Below, in pieces: positions 38,631 to 41,253 of a DNA stretch of 41,253 nt. The number at the start of each line of letters is the position of its first letter. The stretch's first letter is position 1. A program made the translations under genes and the position numbers. The notes beneath the pieces were generated by a model, which did no database searches, was not told the origin of the DNA, and saw nothing but the letters and a program-made list of their open reading frames with translations. This DNA is from Piromyces finnis finn. Taxonomy: Eukaryota; Fungi; Neocallimastigomycota. The stretch spans positions 1 to 41,253 of the forward strand of contig MCFH01000114.1 of assembly GCA_002104945.1 (NCBI GenBank). Direction: 5' to 3'.

Positions 38631-40301
38631 ATGTCAGTCCTTTATATTAAAGACAAGAATTATATCAGACGTGGTACCCGGTCTTATGGTATCCCCTTAG
38701 ATGATATTCGCTCCTTCTTTATCCGTGGTATTCGATCATGGTCAGTAAATATGCTATGGGAAAAACTCGAGGTTATTCTAGAAGATAAATTTAATTCAGT
38801 TATTAGTGTTAAATATTTTCAGACTTTCAATGATCACTTTTTCTTAGTCAAGGTTCATGGTTCATCGAAAGATTGTATTAAAATCTTACACATGTTAAAG
38901 AAGAAACTTTCAGTTACCTCAATTTCCTTTTCAGCTCGTAGTAGAAGGAATCACAAATACACTTTTTCCACTCTCAAACGTAAAATTTTAGTTTCTAATA
39001 AACATCAACATTCTATTCAACAATCATTTCAACAATCAGTTCAACAATCTCATCAACAATCCGATCTTCAACTAGATCTTCAACAAGATCTTCAACAAGT
39101 TTCCAATCATGAAAATATTCCAGATCTACAGCAAACACAATTTCAATCTCAACATTCAACAATTAATTCTAATAGCTCTATCAACTCTGATAACAGTTCA
39201 ATAGTTGATAGTTCTTCAGTTTCACAGCCATCTAGTAATAGTTCTACTTATTCCTCTGATGCATCATCCATTAATAACGATGACTTTAATAATAATAATA
39301 ATAGCAACGATTCTTCCTCATCCAACAAGCCTGTTAACTTTTCTTTTTGTCTTAGTTGGAACACCAATGGGTGGAATCACGAAAAGAGAGATAGTATTAG
39401 CTATTTCACAGCTATTTTCAAACCATTATTTTTATGTTTCCAAGAAACTGGTAATGGTTCTGGATCGAATACAGATTATCCTTGTCGTGTTACTTTGCGA
39501 AACTATAGACACTTTTTCAAGAAAGCTGACGAATCAGTTCCGGGAATGAGAGGTTTATATTTAGGTTTTCACAATTCGTGTCAAGCCTCACTTGAAAACT
39601 TCTCTGGAAAGTATATTATTTCTATTTATACTTTTAGTCTCTGGAATAGATTCAAATGCTCGATTGGAAATGTTTATATGCCTCATAGTCATCACAACAT
39701 CTATGTTGATCATGCAAAGTTAGAAGTTCGCTTGTGGTTACAAACTCATTCATCCCATCCATCGATTCTTGTTGGTGATTTTAATATGTCTAAAGTAAAA
39801 TTATCCAACTGGTTATCAACTAATGGATTAGGAGATTGGGAAATTCTTCCGCTTAGAGGGTCTACTATCTCTTGGACTCGAGGTGATCAATCTTCCGACA
39901 TTGACCATGCTCTTATCAATTCGAAGATGAAAGATCTTATTCACTCAGGATCATTTATAAATAATTTTTATCCTGTATCAGACCATAAGCCACTTCTTAT
40001 TAATGGTAAAATTATTCCTATGGAAGATTTTTCTAATGACTTTAATGTTCCTAAGAAAATTCTGAAATGGAATAGATTAAAATGTATTGAGGAAAAGGAA
40101 TCTATTATCAGTCATAATAAATTCCAAATACTTTCAGCAAAATTCAACGATCCTAATGTTTCTACAGATGAACTTTCCAAAGAGTTTACTTCAACTGCTT
40201 TTTCAATTGCAGACGAGCTCAGTATTACCTCAGCAAATAATGTTATAAAGTCTTCATTTCATATTTCACAACAAATTTTTAATCTCCAAAAATCAAAATG
40301 A
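38631..40301 (+). CDS. LINE protein, N-terminal part: small N-terminal domain, Q/S/N-rich linker, APE-type endonuclease (556 aa)
   Basis: Intact EEP catalytic motifs LSWNTNG, FQET, GNVYMP, LVGDFN, SDIDHAL, SDHKP. Confidence 0.9.
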   Translation: MSVLYIKDKNYIRRGTRSYGIPLDDIRSFFIRGIRSWSVNMLWEKLEVILEDKFNSVISVKYFQTFNDHFFLVKVHGSSKDCIKILHMLKKKLSVTSISFSARSRRNHKYTFSTLKRKILVSNKHQHSIQQSFQQSVQQSHQQSDLQLDLQQDLQQVSNHENIPDLQQTQFQSQHSTINSNSSINSDNSSIVDSSSVSQPSSNSSTYSSDASSINNDDFNNNNNSNDSSSSNKPVNFSFCLSWNTNGWNHEKRDSISYFTAIFKPLFLCFQETGNGSGSNTDYPCRVTLRNYRHFFKKADESVPGMRGLYLGFHNSCQASLENFSGKYIISIYTFSLWNRFKCSIGNVYMPHSHHNIYVDHAKLEVRLWLQTHSSHPSILVGDFNMSKVKLSNWLSTNGLGDWEILPLRGSTISWTRGDQSSDIDHALINSKMKDLIHSGSFINNFYPVSDHKPLLINGKIIPMEDFSNDFNVPKKILKWNRLKCIEEKESIISHNKFQILSAKFNDPNVSTDELSKEFTSTAFSIADELSITSANNVIKSSFHISQQIFNLQKSK

Positions 40302-41253
40302 AGTTGTATAAGAGATTTAAAAAAGAAAGAATTTATGATATAGATGAATTTATTAAAAGAATTAAAATCTACCGTAAACTCATTGATTACATCCACAAAA
40401 GATGTAATGAATTTAGGAAGCAAGAATATCTTCATTGGATTAAAACAGGATGTGAGTATATGAAGAGTCATAATCCTAAGAAGGCCTGGAAATGGATCAA
40501 GAAAACTGCAAAAATTGGAAAAGATTCTTTCTTTATTGCTCAACCAATTAAAAATAAAAATGGAGAATTAGTTGTTGCTACGGAAGAACAACTAGATGTG
40601 TGGCATGATCATTTCGAAAATCTTGCATCAGACCCAAGTGGTGTAAGTCTTGATTTGGAGCATTGGTATGAAGAACCAACGAATAAACGTTTTTCACTTC
40701 CTATGCTTGATGAGTGGGATATCAACCAAGATATTAGTATTGATGAAGTCAAGTCAGCTATCCTCACTACTCCAAATTATAAAGCATCAGGTCCGGATGG
40801 TATTCCAATTGAATTTTACAAAGCATTAGTTCCATCAAGTAATGATTCTAATAATGCTACAGATAATAATTCTTCCGGTAATACTACTTCAGATAATGAT
40901 GCTCATGGTTTAAATTTTATTCTTAAATTATTCAACCGTATTTGGGATGGAGATTTCCCCAACTCATGGAATGAATCCAGTATTGTTTCTATTCCTAAGA
41001 AGGGAGATTTGACAGATTGTGATAACTATCGAGGTATATCACTTATCAATAATGGTATTAAGTTGATTTCCAAAATTGTCACCACTAGAATCTCAGAATA
41101 TGGTCTAAAGAATAATTTCATTAGACCTGAACAATTTGGTTTTCGAAAAAAGGAAGAAAGTATTAGTCTTTTCATTTCAATCCAAGAAATATGCCGTAGA
41201 CGTCAATTAGATAATAAAGAGACATATTTGGCCTTTTTAGATCTCAGGAAAGG
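40298..41253 (+). CDS. LINE reverse transcriptase (partial), in the -1 frame relative to the endonuclease ORF
   Basis: Open frame from ATG 40298 to the window end (absent from the ORF track because no stop is in the window): KKAWKWIKK, KASGPDGIPIEFYK, SIVSIPKKGDLTDCDNYRGISLIN, EQFGFRK, YLAFLDLRK. Confidence 0.9.
   Translation, partial: MKLYKRFKKERIYDIDEFIKRIKIYRKLIDYIHKRCNEFRKQEYLHWIKTGCEYMKSHNPKKAWKWIKKTAKIGKDSFFIAQPIKNKNGELVVATEEQLDVWHDHFENLASDPSGVSLDLEHWYEEPTNKRFSLPMLDEWDINQDISIDEVKSAILTTPNYKASGPDGIPIEFYKALVPSSNDSNNATDNNSSGNTTSDNDAHGLNFILKLFNRIWDGDFPNSWNESSIVSIPKKGDLTDCDNYRGISLINNGIKLISKIVTTRISEYGLKNNFIRPEQFGFRKKEESISLFISIQEICRRRQLDNKETYLAFLDLRK

Larger units (their letters stand above)
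37108..41253 (+). mobile_element. Non-LTR (LINE) retrotransposon with APE endonuclease + RT, cut off by the window end
   Basis: Repeat leader, then ORF 38631-40301, then a second frame from 40298 to the end with RT motifs. The 5' boundary is inferred from the abrupt GC rise near 37108. No 3' end or TSD is visible. Confidence 0.9.

Overview
Extremely AT-rich eukaryotic DNA with short GT-AG introns and very long (AAT)n tracts. Gene content and composition point to an anaerobic gut fungus (Neocallimastigomycota); this is an inference. I built spliced models by hand and checked exon phases. In order, the window holds: an intronless bacterial-type DUF1648 membrane protein; PRP19; a 9-exon receptor (signal peptide + bacterial-type solute-binding domain + 7TM + long tail) lying tail-to-tail with a 7TM-RGS gene whose RGS domain is split; a DHX29/DHX57-like DEAH helicase; a ZBBX homologue with no B-box; an intronless bacterial-type CPBP/CAAX protease; V-ATPase subunit B; and the 5' part of a LINE retrotransposon running off the window end. 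The LINE has an unusual ~1.1 kb leader of nested tandem repeats. Each repeat module folds into hairpins, and most copy-to-copy substitutions preserve pairing. The best candidates for something new are this structured LINE leader and the paired SBP-GPCR / 7TM-RGS locus.
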